64,000 bases of DNA from Octopus vulgaris (taxonomy: Eukaryota), in assembly GCA_951406725.2 (NCBI GenBank), contig OX597837.1, positions 5,518,001-5,582,000 on the forward strand. The letters run 5' to 3'. Made by a program: the position numbers and the translations under genes. Positions 42,194 to 55,444 of this stretch are shown in pieces. The notes beneath the pieces were generated by a model. It did no database searches and was not told the origin of the DNA. It saw only the letters and a list, made by a program, of their open reading frames with translations. Within the stretch, counting starts at the first letter, position 1, and every line of letters starts with the position of its first letter.

Positions 42194-42994
42194 GCATTTC
42201 GTCTGAATACTATATACATATGTGTACGTCCGTCTGTATTTCAGACGCCAAAACTAAGTTCAATCTACCCGTATACCCACCCAGTCGCAAATTGAACTAT
42301 CCACTCACCCGTCTCTTGTCAGGTATCATCTGAATATAGGCCAGACAAATAGTGTGTCATTGATCGATAAATAGAATCAATTGGTAACATATCTAGTTTC
42401 ATTGATTTTGACCAAGTGATTAAACCGTGACCTGAGATTTCCACATATTTTTGGCATGAAGTACGCAGTATTGATTTTTTTGCTGTCAGTTTTGTCTCAA
42501 CGACTACTGCGCGGATGTGGTATTGGTATGATCCAAACGGGAGGACAACGGTTCGAATTTTAATTCAGCCCTTTCGTTAAGTTCGTACCCTTAAGCGACA
42601 ATTTTATGGGGCGGCACTTTGGGGGTTTGCTGTATAACTCTCCATGGACTTGGGGAATATGGTGTGGTGAGGCTGAGTGTCTGCTTTGAGTGAAGCATTT
42701 TCGTTTTGGTTTGTAGATGATATATTTGATGTTTAACCCGCTGCTACCTACCTGGTAGCAGTTAGTGAAGGCGCGTAGCTTAGTGGTTAAGGGCATTCAG
42801 TTCATGATCGTAAGGTCGTGAGTTCAATTACCGGCGGCGCGTTGTATCCTTGAGCAAGGCACTTTATATCACGTTGCTCCAGTCCACTCAGCTGGCAAAA
42901 ATGAGTAGTACCTGTAAACACACCAGCATCGGTTGTCAAGCGATGTTGGGGGACAAACACAGACACAGAAACACACACACAGACACACACACAA

Positions 42995-43059
<65 letters not shown>

Positions 43060-43456
43060 CATACGACGGGCTTTGGTCATCCCGAGGCTATAGTAGAAGA
43101 CACTTGCCCAAGGTGCCACGCAGTGTGACTGAACCCGGAACCATGTGGTTGGTAAGCAAGCTACTTACCACACAGCCACCCCTGCGCCTGATGTTAGATT
43201 TTCTAACAACAAGAATGTATAAGCTACTCCAAATTCAATATGGTTTACAGAGGATCGAAGTTCTGTAGAAACGCCTTTTGCACACAGGCTTGCACACACC
43301 CATGTGCGCATGCATTGCCGCGCATACACAGGCGCACAGAGTTACACAAACACATACACACACACACGCGTATACACGTACACATCGTCCCTATGACCGT
43401 CCCTCTTGCTCTCTCGCTACATATATACGTGTATACATATGTAGATATATGCGAGT

Positions 43457-43495
<39 letters not shown>

Positions 43496-43555
43496 ATACA
43501 TGTACCTACACACATACCTGTGCATTTGTGAGTGTATATATATGTGTGTGTGTGT

Positions 43556-43591
<36 letters not shown>

Positions 43592-43761
43592 CATACACAC
43601 ACATCCATATCCAAATATCTATTTTTCTTTCTATTTATCTGTGTCGGAATATGCGAGAGTATGTATGTATGAAGATATAAATGTATGCAAATATGTGTGC
43701 GTTTGTAAGTGTTTGTATGTGTGTCTATTTTTCTTAGTTCCTGCCTGTGTTTTTGTGGATA

Positions 43762-43832
<71 letters not shown>

Positions 43833-44549
43833 ATGTTTGTGGATGTTTGTGTACTCTCAGCAAGAACCAGGCATTTATAATTCTCTGTGATCAGAGAAAC
43901 GGTGGGAGACGGTTTTTCTAATGTCAACCAAAGCGAATATTAATGGCGAGTTATTAGCGAACAAAGAGAAATTGCCGACTGTCGGCCATGATATTTCGAT
44001 AAAACTCCAAATCGACTTCACAAAAGATGTTAACTTAAAGCGTTTGTAATGACAATGAGATAATCATTTTGTGGTTTTTACTGTTGCAACTGTTTAATCG
44101 CTTCCGTGTATGATGTTTTGTTGGATGTTAAGTAATTATTAGACAGATACATACCGAGATAGCATTGTTTGTATGTATGTGAGATAGTGTTAAATTATCT
44201 AATGCGTGAGGCATTATTAATAACTGGAAACGTTTTATATACGAAAACGTTGGAGTAGAAGCAACAAATAAAATAATATCAGACAATGAATAATATTATT
44301 TTGTGTGTGTGTATTTTCATTTTCCAGGAATTACTGCTGTTAATTCAACAATTGATAAGTTTTGGTGTTGTTTTACCTCCTCAGGGAAGAGTATCCGTTA
44401 CCTGACTTGTCGAAAGAAAATCCCTATGTAATATGTAAAATGCGTTTGCATTTATTGGTGTAAGGAATTACTGTGGATGTACCTTGTAAGCATTTTCTCT
44501 TCAGAAATTAAAGAAAGGTATGGGTCATTCGCACATGGAACAAGATGTG

Positions 44550-44830
44550 CGTGGTATGATCAATAAGTATCAGAACTGTTGTCATTGTAACGAAGTTAAT
44601 GCACGCAGAGAGAAGTCGCCCGGCACATATTGACCTTGAACTTTGCTGTGCATGCTTACTAAGTATTAGTGCTGTAGCTCACTTCCGATGTTTATAGCAG
44701 TGCTTGGAAGAAAGACATGCAGCGTGTGATAGCCGAGTCGATCATGACAGAGAAGGCTGAGCAGAGAATCTGCATCAAATTTTACCAAAAGCTTGGCGAT
44801 ACCTGTTCAGAGGCCTACGCGATGTTTTCA
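44550..44830 (+). mobile_element. Mariner-like transposon 5' end (TIR-like sequence plus transposase N-terminal HTH)
   Basis: MTEKAEQRICIKFYQKLGDTCSEAYAM begins at 44744 and matches the mariner EQR..IKF..KLG.T..E motif. The upstream cgtggtatgatcaataagtatc is TIR-like. Confidence 0.75.
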
Positions 44831-46321
44831 AAGAGTTATCATCGTTCTCGACACAATCAAGATCTTGTGCAAGTGAAACCCGAGTGTCTCTTTGGTCAGC
44901 TGTGTGTTTGTGTTATGTTTCGATGCCGCTTGGCAAACGGTGTTTTTTTGTTCACATCCCAGTATTTTTGCTCTCTGCACATTAGACAGATAGAATAGGT
45001 ACTAAGCTTAAAAACAAAACAAACAAACAAAAACGTTCTGGTGTCCACGTGTTCGACTTGACCAATTAAAGCAAAGCTCCAGTATGGCCGCACTTCACTG
45101 GCAGAAACAAGAAAAATATAATAAAAGATGAAGTTAGTTATTGTATGTAATGTGTAGACAAAGATCAAAATATGGTGAGAAATTACAGATATGTTCCTAT
45201 CTTACTCTTACCTCATCAGCGAAGCCCAGTATATATCGAAATTGCCGAACTAGTGTTGAAAGAGTCTTGAACAATATGTATATTTGTTGGCATACGGAAT
45301 TGTAATTCTTTAGAAATAACGTGATTAGAAGACGCCATTGGCATGTAAAATAATACACAAGTTAGTGTTAACATACGTAACTGAAGGAACGTTAAAAAAA
45401 AGTTAGCTAGAGATGAATTTACCCCGAGGAAATATAATACAATTTTGGCCAATAAATATTATTATTCTCATTTTCCTGCAGACAATAAAATATGGGAGAC
45501 AACTATCGTCATATTTCAGCAATAATCCGACATCATAAACGAGGAATAAATTTCACCGTATTGTAGTTAAAAAAAAAGAAATGGTCGTAATAAAACGGCA
45601 TATTTTATACGTCGCAGCAAATTAGGATTGCTTAAAAATGGAACAATTTACAGACGCCATTGGCATGAAAAACGATAAGTTTCTATATAGTTAATGGACA
45701 GATAGTTAGATAGCTTTGGCCATCTTTGTTTCTGTTTAAATTTATTATTTTAATGGAGGCGTCCAAAGAAGTGAAAGGAAACTTATAAGAAAGCAGCAAA
45801 AAATAAGTTTTTTCGAGAAAGATTTACGAAATGCTAGCTGCTTCGTGTGTGTGTGTGTGTGTGTGTGTTTGTGTAAAAACGTCTATATACGTGTGTGTAT
45901 GATTGTGTGGCGTAATTGTTTTTGTATGTGCGAGTCAATGTGTATGGCTGAGTATCTCATATCTACGAGTAAGCAATTTGCAGTTATGAACATAAGGATA
46001 AGTAGTTCGATTCGCAGTCGTATGAATCCGCGTTCGATTCCACAACGGGGCATCTTGAAAAGAGGGAACCTTCAATAATCAACTCGGTTCGAACCGGAGT
46101 GATATCGGATACAGGTCCTCATTGTAGAGAATCGGTTTACATATAGTACCAGTAATTCAAACGGTCAGTTTTTTCCATGTACCTTGTCACTCTGACTCTA
46201 CATAGCAGGAGATTGAGCTAATGTAAAGTTCATGTTGAATCCTCGGTCACTAGAAGAGGGGATAACCTGTCTTTCTAATGTTCTCTTCGTCTGATGTTCT
46301 TGTTGCAAATACAGAAATCAG

Positions 46322-46377
<56 letters not shown>

Positions 46378-46524
46378 TAGCTGCCATCATAAATATTATT
46401 TGCTTCTGTAGTCGTATGTATGTATCCATAGACACAATGGACACAATGCTGACACGAAACGGTTTTTGCGCAATGGCGGCCAAAATATTTTCTGGAAAAT
46501 CTACTTGCAGTTTTATATTTTCGC

Positions 46525-46597
<73 letters not shown>

Positions 46598-47039
46598 GAC
46601 ATAAGCACAAGGTGGACATCACTTGTAATACGCTGAACCACCGATTTTGATCAGCGAATGACGTTAGGAGTACACTTATATGCGGAGTAGTCCGCAACTT
46701 ACGCGTAAATACTAGGATGATTGGTCACGACTAAATGTTCGCCGTACTGACTGTATACAGAGGATTAAATTAAGATCATAAGAGGCTTTGGAATACTCAG
46801 CCAATTTTACTGGAAGACATTTGTTCAAGGTACCACACAGTGGAACTGAACCCGGGACAATGTGATGGGAAGGATACGTCTTACTACACAGCACGTGAAA
46901 TCTGAATATATTTTACCACTTTACAGACATATGTTGATAGGATGCCAAGTAGAATTGAGAGCAAAAACAAAAAAAAATGAAACAAACAAAACCAAAACAA
47001 AAACGAATGAAATTAACTGACAGCCAATATTTCTCAGTT

Positions 47040-47225
47040 GTGAATCAAACAGCTTTCAAAGACACGCCAATTGGCTGGAATATTCAATTTGGAATTGATG
47101 GAAGCCTTTCCAAAGATCAAAGAATTCTTTGAATTCTAGCTAAACCAAAGATATCAGAATAGAAATTCTTGTACGTGAGCTGCTCTTTGCAGATAACCGT
47201 GCTGTTGTCGACCAAGCACTGAAAT
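47040..47225 (+). mobile_element. Degenerate RTE-like RT fragment
   Basis: ILVRELLFADNRAVV at 47165-47209 resembles RELLFADD.AL. Confidence 0.6.
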
Positions 47226-47240
47226 ATATGAGATGTGTGT

Positions 47241-47311
<71 letters not shown>

Positions 47312-47541
47312 TGTGTGCGATGAAAGGTTACTGACTTTAAGGGCATCGCGAGAGGACTGGCTGGAGGCCCAACATTGCGAGTTCTTTTACAGGTGTATAT
47401 ATGTGTGTGTTATATTTCTGTGAACATAAATGTATGTGTGCAAGATAGCGTGTATTGAAGAAGCTTGCTTCCCTGTCACGTGGTTTCTGTATCTATCCAG
47501 CCACGTAGCATCTTGAGCATATAGACTCATTTATGTATACC

Positions 47542-47592
47542 TATTTCTTTATTACCCACAAGGGGCTAAACACAGAGGGGACAAACAAGGAC
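47542..47592 (-). mobile_element. 5'-truncated SINE A tail with a target-site duplication
   Basis: It is flanked by the direct repeat agactcatttatgtatacc at 47523-47541 and 47593-47611. Confidence 0.85.
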
Positions 47593-47649
47593 AGACTCAT
47601 TTATGTATACCCACCATTTATACACACACACACACACACATATATGTAG

Positions 47650-48011
47650 CTACTGCACTCCGTCGGTAATGAAGACGTTGGTGCCAGCTGATCGAATCAA
47701 CGGAACAACCTGCTTGAGAAATTAACGTGCAAGTGGCTGAGCACTCCACAGACACATTTGCCTTTAACGTGGTTCCCAGGTAGATCCAGAGTGGTGCAGT
47801 GTGACAAGGCTGGACCTTTGAAATAACAGGAAGAAAGAGTGAGAGAAAGTTGTGGTGAAAGAGTCAGTAGAATTTCGCCATTACCTTCTGCCGGAGGCGC
47901 ATGGAGCTTAGGTGTTCCGCTCATAAACACACACACTGCCCGGTCTGAGATTCGAACCTGCGATCCCTCGATTGCGAGTTCACTGCTGTAACCACTAGCC
48001 CATGTACCTCC
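47650..48011 (-). mobile_element. SINE family B, full-length variant with a different tail
   Basis: The minus-strand head is ggaggtacatgggctagtggttacagcagtgaactcgcaatcgagggatcgcaggttcgaatctc. Confidence 0.85.
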
Positions 48012-48037
48012 ATATATAAATATATATATGTATGTAT

Positions 48038-48303
48038 AACGGGAAGGTTTACGAAAATAAACAAAAGACGAAGGCAGGTGGAGTACAAACAACCAAATGT
48101 ATTAGTATGGCGCTCAGGAATAGAAATAGAACAAGTCTTGCACGTTTCGAGCCTATGCTCTTCGACAGAAAGATACACAGAAAAGAAACAAGGAGAGAAA
48201 AAGATGCGTGTAGGGGCTAACGATCAATCATGGCGTCCTGACTTCGGGCAGAGGTCAGACGCTAGAGGGACAGTATATATATGCATATATATATATATGT
48301 ATG

Positions 48304-48364
<61 letters not shown>

Positions 48365-48500
48365 CGGGAAGCTTTATGAAAATAGACAAAAGACGAAGGC
48401 AGGTTTACGGAAATAAACAAAAGACGAAGGCAGGTAGAATACAAACAAACAATTGTATTAGTATGGCGCTCAGGAAATATAAATAAAACAAGTCTTTAAC

Positions 48501-48503
<3 letters not shown>
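48038..48503 (-). mobile_element. Two tandem copies of the (TA)n-embedded hammerhead-like repeat, separated by (TA)n
   Basis: The minus strand at 48140-48168 reads cttt-CTGTCGA-a-GAGC-atag-GCTC-GAAACGT. The second copy (48362-48503) breaks off within the GAAACGTT motif. Confidence 0.7.
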
Positions 48504-48537
<34 letters not shown>

Positions 48538-48539
<2 letters not shown>

Positions 48540-48949
48540 AGTAGTTGAATGAATTATCTTATTAAGGATAATTCGAAAGATAACCGATACCTGGGTAGCA
48601 AATTCACATCAGAAAGAACACGGTTGAAGCTACGTCCCTAGGGCATAGATTACGTGTCTTCGTGCGGAAATTTGTATGTTTATTTTAAAGTTATAAGTAT
48701 ATGAAAGAATGGAGTTGAACGACTAGTTAACACATATCCTTTATTCTCGAAATATGTTTCGAAATCAAGGAACTTATGTCGACATCAAAATGCATTTTGA
48801 TGTCGACATAAGTTCCTTGATTTTCCTGATGAGAAATCTGCATAATGTACTCCTTATTCATTCGGAATTAGGAATATGCAGCCTTCGAAACATATGTCGA
48901 GAATAAAGGATATTTGTTAACTAGTCGTTCAACTCCATTCTTTCATATA

Positions 48950-48955
<6 letters not shown>
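48538..48955 (+). mobile_element. Penelope-like pseudo-LTR remnant with internal inversion, inserted in (TA)n
   Basis: It contains the hammerhead above and an inverted repeat at 48692-48763 / 48884-48955, with (TA)n on both sides. Confidence 0.65.
48814..48910 (+). ncRNA. Type I hammerhead ribozyme, Penelope-type with minimal palindromic stem III
   Basis: The core is CTGATGA at 48826-48832 and GAAA at 48887-48890. Stem III/loop is ACATATGT and the cleavage triplet is GTC (C at 48898). Stem I pairs 48814-48825 with 48899-48910 (11 of 12 pairs, one a G-U). The long stem II includes GAA/TTC, CTGCATA/TATGCAG, TCCT/AGGA and ATTC/GAAT. Confidence 0.85.
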
Positions 48956-48982
<27 letters not shown>

Positions 48983-49111
48983 CTTTACTACCCACAAGGG
49001 GCTAAACACAGAGGGGACAAACAAGGACAGACAAAGGGATTACGTCGACTACATCGACCCCAGTGCGTAACTGGTACTTAATTTATCGACCCCGAAAGGA
49101 TGAAAGGCAAA

Positions 49112-49224
49112 GTCGAGGATGAATTCAGTTCGTCGTTGCCCCGAGTTTAATGTAGTGTGCGATATTTCAAGGGACACAAATATGATACACGCTTTATATG
49201 CACTGAGAGAGAGGTACATATATG

Positions 49225-49304
<80 letters not shown>

Positions 49305-49419
49305 CATATATGTACCTCTCTCTCTCAGTGCATATAAAGCGTGTATCATATTTGTGTCCCTTGAAATATCGCACACTACATTAAACTCGGGGCAACGACG
49401 AACTGAATTCATCCTCGAC
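49112..49419. repeat. Near-perfect ~308 bp palindrome centred on (TA)n
   Basis: The arms of about 118 bp differ only in the length of the (GA)n run. Confidence 0.95.
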
Positions 49420-49557
49420 ATTTAAGCAATAATTAAAATCCCGAACATATATTGGGTGTTTTCACTTCTTTTGTACCCTCAGACGCACATGCGCACGTAC
49501 ACACTCGCAGGCACACACATACGTACACACACATACCTACACGCATGAACATACATT

Positions 49558-49605
<48 letters not shown>

Positions 49606-50364
49606 GATAAATACATATACATATATATGTATATATGCATATATCAGTTGTTTAATCAATCAATAACAGACACGTGCTATTGATACGTTGACCTCTTGAC
49701 ATTTATCTTATCAATTAAATCATTTCGGTTATCTTAATTATTAATAGGAAGTTAATTAGCACAGAAATAGTAGACAAATGCAATATCGATTTTTGAAACA
49801 GAGCCAGACGAAACACGTAACGTTAGATTTCAATAGAAAATTTGAAACGAGAATTTTCATTAATAACGCTAGAAGATGTCTCAATGATGGATGCTCTTGA
49901 ATGTAGGAAATAACAGTCAGATCATTCTCAGATCACACCATATTGTGTTAGACTTAATGAAAGTTACATTAGCTCGTATAGCCCTTGGTATATAATTCAT
50001 GACAGTAAGACTATGAGCTGGTTACTGACTGACAGTTTTTTTTATAATAGGACTGCTCGATCAAGGTATATGAAACATGTCGGTATGCAGATATGTATGA
50101 TTGTATGTATGAATGTGTGTGTGTGGCAATATATAGATAGCAAACGCAGTCAAATACTGGGGTCAATGTTATCGACTATCCTCACCCTGAAATTGCAGGC
50201 CTTGTGCATATTGTAGAAAGGATTATATACATATATATATATATAAACACATACACAGACATTCAAACATATACATATAAATTTAGTCATATTTATGTAT
50301 AAATATATTTAAATCTAAATCAAAATAAAACTATATATTTCATCCATACATCCACACACATGCA

Positions 50365-50408
<44 letters not shown>

Positions 50409-50414
50409 CATATA

Positions 50415-50795
50415 TCTCTCTCTATATAAACGGCAGTTTGTCTGTGCGTTTTCTGTGTCTGTTTTCTCGTACCCTCACCCTGACCACGGCTTTCAACCGA
50501 TTCTGATGAAACTTGACACACACATAGCCCAATGTCATAATTCAAAACTAACGCAGCGAAAATTTTGAAAAGTTCCCCCAGTTCTGAAAAAAATCGATAA
50601 ATTCGACATGGGGTCGAGAATGAGAAACCCAAACCACAGACCGTCTAGGGGACGCAACTCCACCTTTTTTAACTCTCAAAAAAATTTACCATCATTTTTT
50701 TTTCATTTTTTTGCTATTTTTTGGCTATAACTCTCTAAAAATGCTTTATAGTTATTTCCCTTACAAACCTGAGCAACGCCGGGCGATACTGCTAG
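50415..50795 (+). mobile_element. Non-autonomous Helitron
   Basis: It starts a|TC (tctctctctatataaac) and ends CTAG|t at 50792-50795. A subterminal GC-rich hairpin cctgagcaacgccggg lies at 50768-50783, the target is A-T, and there is no TSD. Confidence 0.8.
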
Positions 50796-50879
50796 TATTT
50801 ATATATAAATATGCATATACATAAATATAAGATCGAAGCTTATGTATATATACATATGGCTGTATGGAGGCCATGTTGT

Positions 50880-51345
50880 GTGCTTGTGAGCAATTAATTT
50901 TCTGCGAGGAATTTGATCAACGTCATTCTGATACTGTATTCCACGATTTTGGTAAAATGTTAGGTCATAGAAACACACCTCTAATTTTTGCAATCTTCAA
51001 CGCTCAGTCTTCTCTGGACAGATCTTGCTAAACTTCCCTTTAAAATTTTTCAAAGAAAGTCTGGAAATGTACGCGCAGTACGTTTGCCAGAGCTTTTCTG
51101 AATGTTTTTAAAAAAACATGCCGTAAATCTATCCGGATCCGTTGCAGATTTCGAATTGATTTCGACAATGCTCGATATTCCATCCTCTTCTGTTAAAGCG
51201 GTGTAAGCAACTGCTCCTTCTTTCTTGAGAAGATCTGCGGTGGTGGAGAACTCATTAGGCATGTTCACTTGCATTTCTCCCAATGGGGAAGTGAAAATCA
51301 GAATTGCTTATTTAGTGCTTTGCTTATCCTCACAGGGTTTGCAGC
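50880..51345 (-). mobile_element. Degenerate CR1-like LINE fragment (pre-RT region)
   Basis: INSKSATDPDRFTACFFK resembles the SA.GPDGFPA..LK motif upstream of the LINE RT domain. Confidence 0.5.
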
Positions 51346-51468
51346 CAATATGATATACATACATTCATACATACATATGTATAAATATATATGTATATAT
51401 ATATATATATATATGTACATACGTATGTATGTATGTATGTATGTATATGTATGTATATATATATATAT

Positions 51469-51517
<49 letters not shown>

Positions 51518-51791
51518 CATACATACATGACACATACATATATATATGTATATATACATATATATATATGTGTGTGTGTCTCTGTGATTGTGTGTATGTG
51601 TGTGTATGTATGTATGTATATATATATATATATATATGCATATATATACAAAAGGTGGTGCTGCAGCATAGCACCAGTGAAATGACTCAAACAAGTAAAA
51701 GAATAAAACACATACATATATAACTACACACACAAACATACACAAACACACACACACGCATATATATATATACATATATATACATATATAA

Positions 51792-51837
<46 letters not shown>

Positions 51838-52228
51838 GTATATTATATTCCGAGGTGGTGCTGGAAAGTGCCTCGTCTTAGGGTCTAGCGAAAGGTGTAG
51901 TTGGCGGCTCAATCTTCCGAGGTCTTTTATAGCGCTTAGAAAACCTTTAGGACCGCGGCAATAGTTGTTTAATTTTGAGAGGGGAATATTTTTGCCCCCA
52001 AAACAGGAACTTTTCAGCTGTATGTAAGTATGTATGTATGTATGTATGTATGTATGTATGTATGTATGTATGTATGTATATAAGTATGTATGTATGCATG
52101 TATGCATGGATATATGTATGTGTATATATTAACAATTTTTCTGCATGTTTCGATACTGGTTTCCAGGTCTGTGCTGGATTATTCCTTTAGCTAATGTGTG
52201 TGTGTATGTATGTGTGCGTACATGTATG

Positions 52229-52314
<86 letters not shown>

Positions 52315-52395
52315 GAGTGTATGTGTGTGTACATGTTTGTGCGTCCGTGTATCTTGGGCAAATGTCTTCAACTATAGCCTCGGGCCCTGTTCTTA

Positions 52396-52503
52396 AGAGT
52401 TGATCTTCAGGCCCTGTTCAAAAATGTGGAACCGCATGACATCACATTCACTTGAGACGTACACAAAGACCATCATAGTTGGCCATGGCTTTGTGGTCTT
52501 CGT
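52396..52503 (-). mobile_element. Tc1/mariner (maT/DD37D-like) transposase catalytic-region fragment
   Basis: It reads TKTTKPWPTMMVFVYVSSECDVMRFHIFEQGLKINS, resembling TK.P..VMV...VSSEG.VMPPH.F..GL..N. Confidence 0.65.
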
Positions 52504-52663
52504 TTCAGCTGTCAGAAATCACGATGTCGGCATTTTGTTACCTGGTGTGAATCATTATGGCATGAGTAACACTTTTTCCAATATTCAAATAAGTTCGAAC
52601 ACGGCAGTTTGCAGAAGCGTTAGCCTTCTGATCAATATGTTTAGCGGTTTTTCGTCAGTTTTT

Positions 52664-53250
52664 AGGCAGTGAGCTGGCAGAAACGTTAGCATGCTGGGCG
52701 ATATGCTTAGCGGTGTTTCGTCTACCGCTACGCTTTGAGTTCAAATTCCGCCGAGGTCGACTTTGCCTTTCATCCTTTCGGGGTCGATTAAATAAGTACC
52801 AGTTACGCATTGGGGTCAATGTAATCGACTTAATCCGTTTGTCTGTCCTTGTTTATCCCCTCTGTGTTTAGCCCCTTGTGGGTAGAAAAGAAATAGGTAT
52901 TTCGTCAGCTTTTACGTTCTGAGTTCAAATTCTACCGAGGTCGACTTTGGAGTGGATAAAATACGTACCTGTTGAAGACGGGTCGATTTAATCGACTTAT
53001 ACCGCCCTCCTAGCCTTGCTCCAACATTTGGAATCACTATAGTTCTTCTTGCTGAGGCAGCGAGCTGGCAGAATCGTTAGCATGCCGGGCGAAATGCTTA
53101 GTAGCATTTCGTCCGTCTTTACGTTCTGAGTTGAAATTCCGCCGCGGTTGACTTTGCACTTCATCCTTCCGGGGTTGATAAAATAGATTGATGTAATCGA
53201 CTTATCCCCGCCACTTCATATTGCTGACTTTGCGCCAAAATTTTAAACCA
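52664..53250 (+). mobile_element. SINE family A cluster (dimer plus a separate copy)
   Basis: The head gagctggcagaa.cgttagcatgc.gggcga occurs at about 52671 and 53062, with the same body. Confidence 0.85.
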
Positions 53251-53639
53251 ATATTCATTGAGCTTCCAATCTCCCATGCCAACTAAGTTTCTCTCGACCA
53301 CAACGTTAATCTTTATGGTCTCCAACGCCGTTGACCGTTTCACAGTGCCTCAAACTGTTCCTGAAAATGGGAGATATACAACGCCGTTTGCAAATTGATA
53401 TGTAATCATAACGGATATATTGCAGACGTATATTCTTCACAACTAATAAGACGAATAAGTATTCGAGGCTTTAAAGAGAAACCCACGTTCGTCCAGATGT
53501 TTTCCAATGACAAATAAAGTATTGTCATTGCTCTTTCGTTTCGTTTTTCACTTATTAGGAACTAAATTGTGTTTAAGAATGAATGATGAGGCATTTAACA
53601 TAACTAATCATGAAAACATATATAAATTCATAGATGTAC

Positions 53640-53681
<42 letters not shown>

Positions 53682-53729
53682 ACACACACATGTCTAATTA
53701 AATATATATACATACACACGCACACATTA

Positions 53730-53828
<99 letters not shown>

Positions 53829-53876
53829 TTTATTATTATTATTATTATTATTACTATTATTATTATTATTATTATA

Positions 53877-53912
<36 letters not shown>

Positions 53913-53928
53913 TATTATTATTATTATA

Positions 53929-53983
<55 letters not shown>

Positions 53984-54002
53984 GTTGTTGTTGTTGTTGT
54001 TT

Positions 54003-54268
54003 TTGTATTATTTTTGTATTTATATTCGTGTAACATCGTCCGTTTTTTCGTCCTTGCTTCGTATACATTCGACGCTTTTTCCAAGGAATCTAATGCTCTT
54101 GGCTTAGTTTTTTTCCTTGAGGCTGGCCAGATTGGAGCAATCTCAAGTTTAATCATCTGAAATTCGAGTGTGATCCGGTTCTTGACTGAAGATTAAAGGC
54201 TTCGTATGACCCGTCCGTGTTTTTTGTATCGTCTATCTGGATGTTTTGCGCTCTTGTCCCATTTTGTA
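54003..54268 (+). repeat. Unclassified interspersed repeat with a diverged inverted copy at about 56750-56965
   Basis: The blocks cttgaggctggccagatt, ttcttgact and ccgtgtttttt are shared on opposite strands. Confidence 0.7.
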
Positions 54269-54293
54269 TATATATATACACACACATATATGA

Positions 54294-54354
<61 letters not shown>

Positions 54355-54355
<1 letters not shown>

Positions 54356-54569
54356 GCGAAAGCGTGATAAAAAGTTCTTGAGTTTGAGTAAAAGAAAATG
54401 CAGAATCAATTATGCCTTCATTTAATGCATTCCTCTCTCAGATTCACACACTTTTTGCAGCGGTTCTTCAGATGTTCTAAGTCTTGCTGCAGAACTCTGA
54501 AGTTTGAGCCTCTAGCCAGGCCTTTCGCGACGCCCTGAAAGCCAGAAACTCTTCAGCGCGCCCTCGTAC
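54355..54569. mobile_element. Mariner-derived MITE
   Basis: It has imperfect terminal inverted repeats (cgaaagcgtgataaaaagttctt / agaaactcttcagcgcgccctcgta). Related copies lie at about 57050-57210 and, inverted, at about 51850-52020. Confidence 0.55.
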
Positions 54570-54642
54570 ATATGGAGAATATTTGAAACATTTTTATGTA
54601 TATACGGGAAATCATATTAGTAGGTATACATACATACACACA

Positions 54643-54704
<62 letters not shown>

Positions 54705-55118
54705 CGATTTTATTCATTTATTCTTATTTTGCTGCCATTCTGGAGCACCACTTTAAAGGGACGTACTCAAAGAAATCGTCCCAAGACATATTATTTATAA
54801 GCGTAGTACTTATGCTATCGGTGATTTATGTAGAACCGCTACGTTACAAAAATACCAGCATCAGTTGTCAAGCGATGGCGTGGTGCGGGATAAACACAGA
54901 CACACATTCATAAACATACATAAATACATACATACATACATACATACATACACACATATATATAAATAGCACGAGCTTGTTTCAGTTTCCGTCTACCAAA
55001 TACACTCACGAAGCTATATAGGAGACACCTGCCTAAGGTACCAAGCAGTTGGTTTGCACCCGGATCCATGCTGTTGGGAAGCAAGCTCCTTAGCACATGG
55101 TGACGACTGCGCCTACGC

Positions 55119-55276
<158 letters not shown>

Positions 55277-55279
55277 ATA

Positions 55280-55311
<32 letters not shown>

Positions 55312-55406
55312 TCTATCTGTCTATCTATCTATCTATCTATCTGCCTGTCTGTCTATCTATCTATCTATCTATCTCTAACTATATATAATTTATATACCTA
55401 ATGTAT

Positions 55407-55444
<38 letters not shown>

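Noticed and set aside
42300-42770. Possible Penelope RT relic (IPQVH...PPKCRPI on the minus strand)
   Set aside because: There is only one weak motif and I could not recover supporting downstream motifs.
45330-45668. Direct repeat agacgccattggcatg about 320 bp apart
   Set aside because: There are only two short copies and no element boundaries could be defined; probably an old TE internal repeat.
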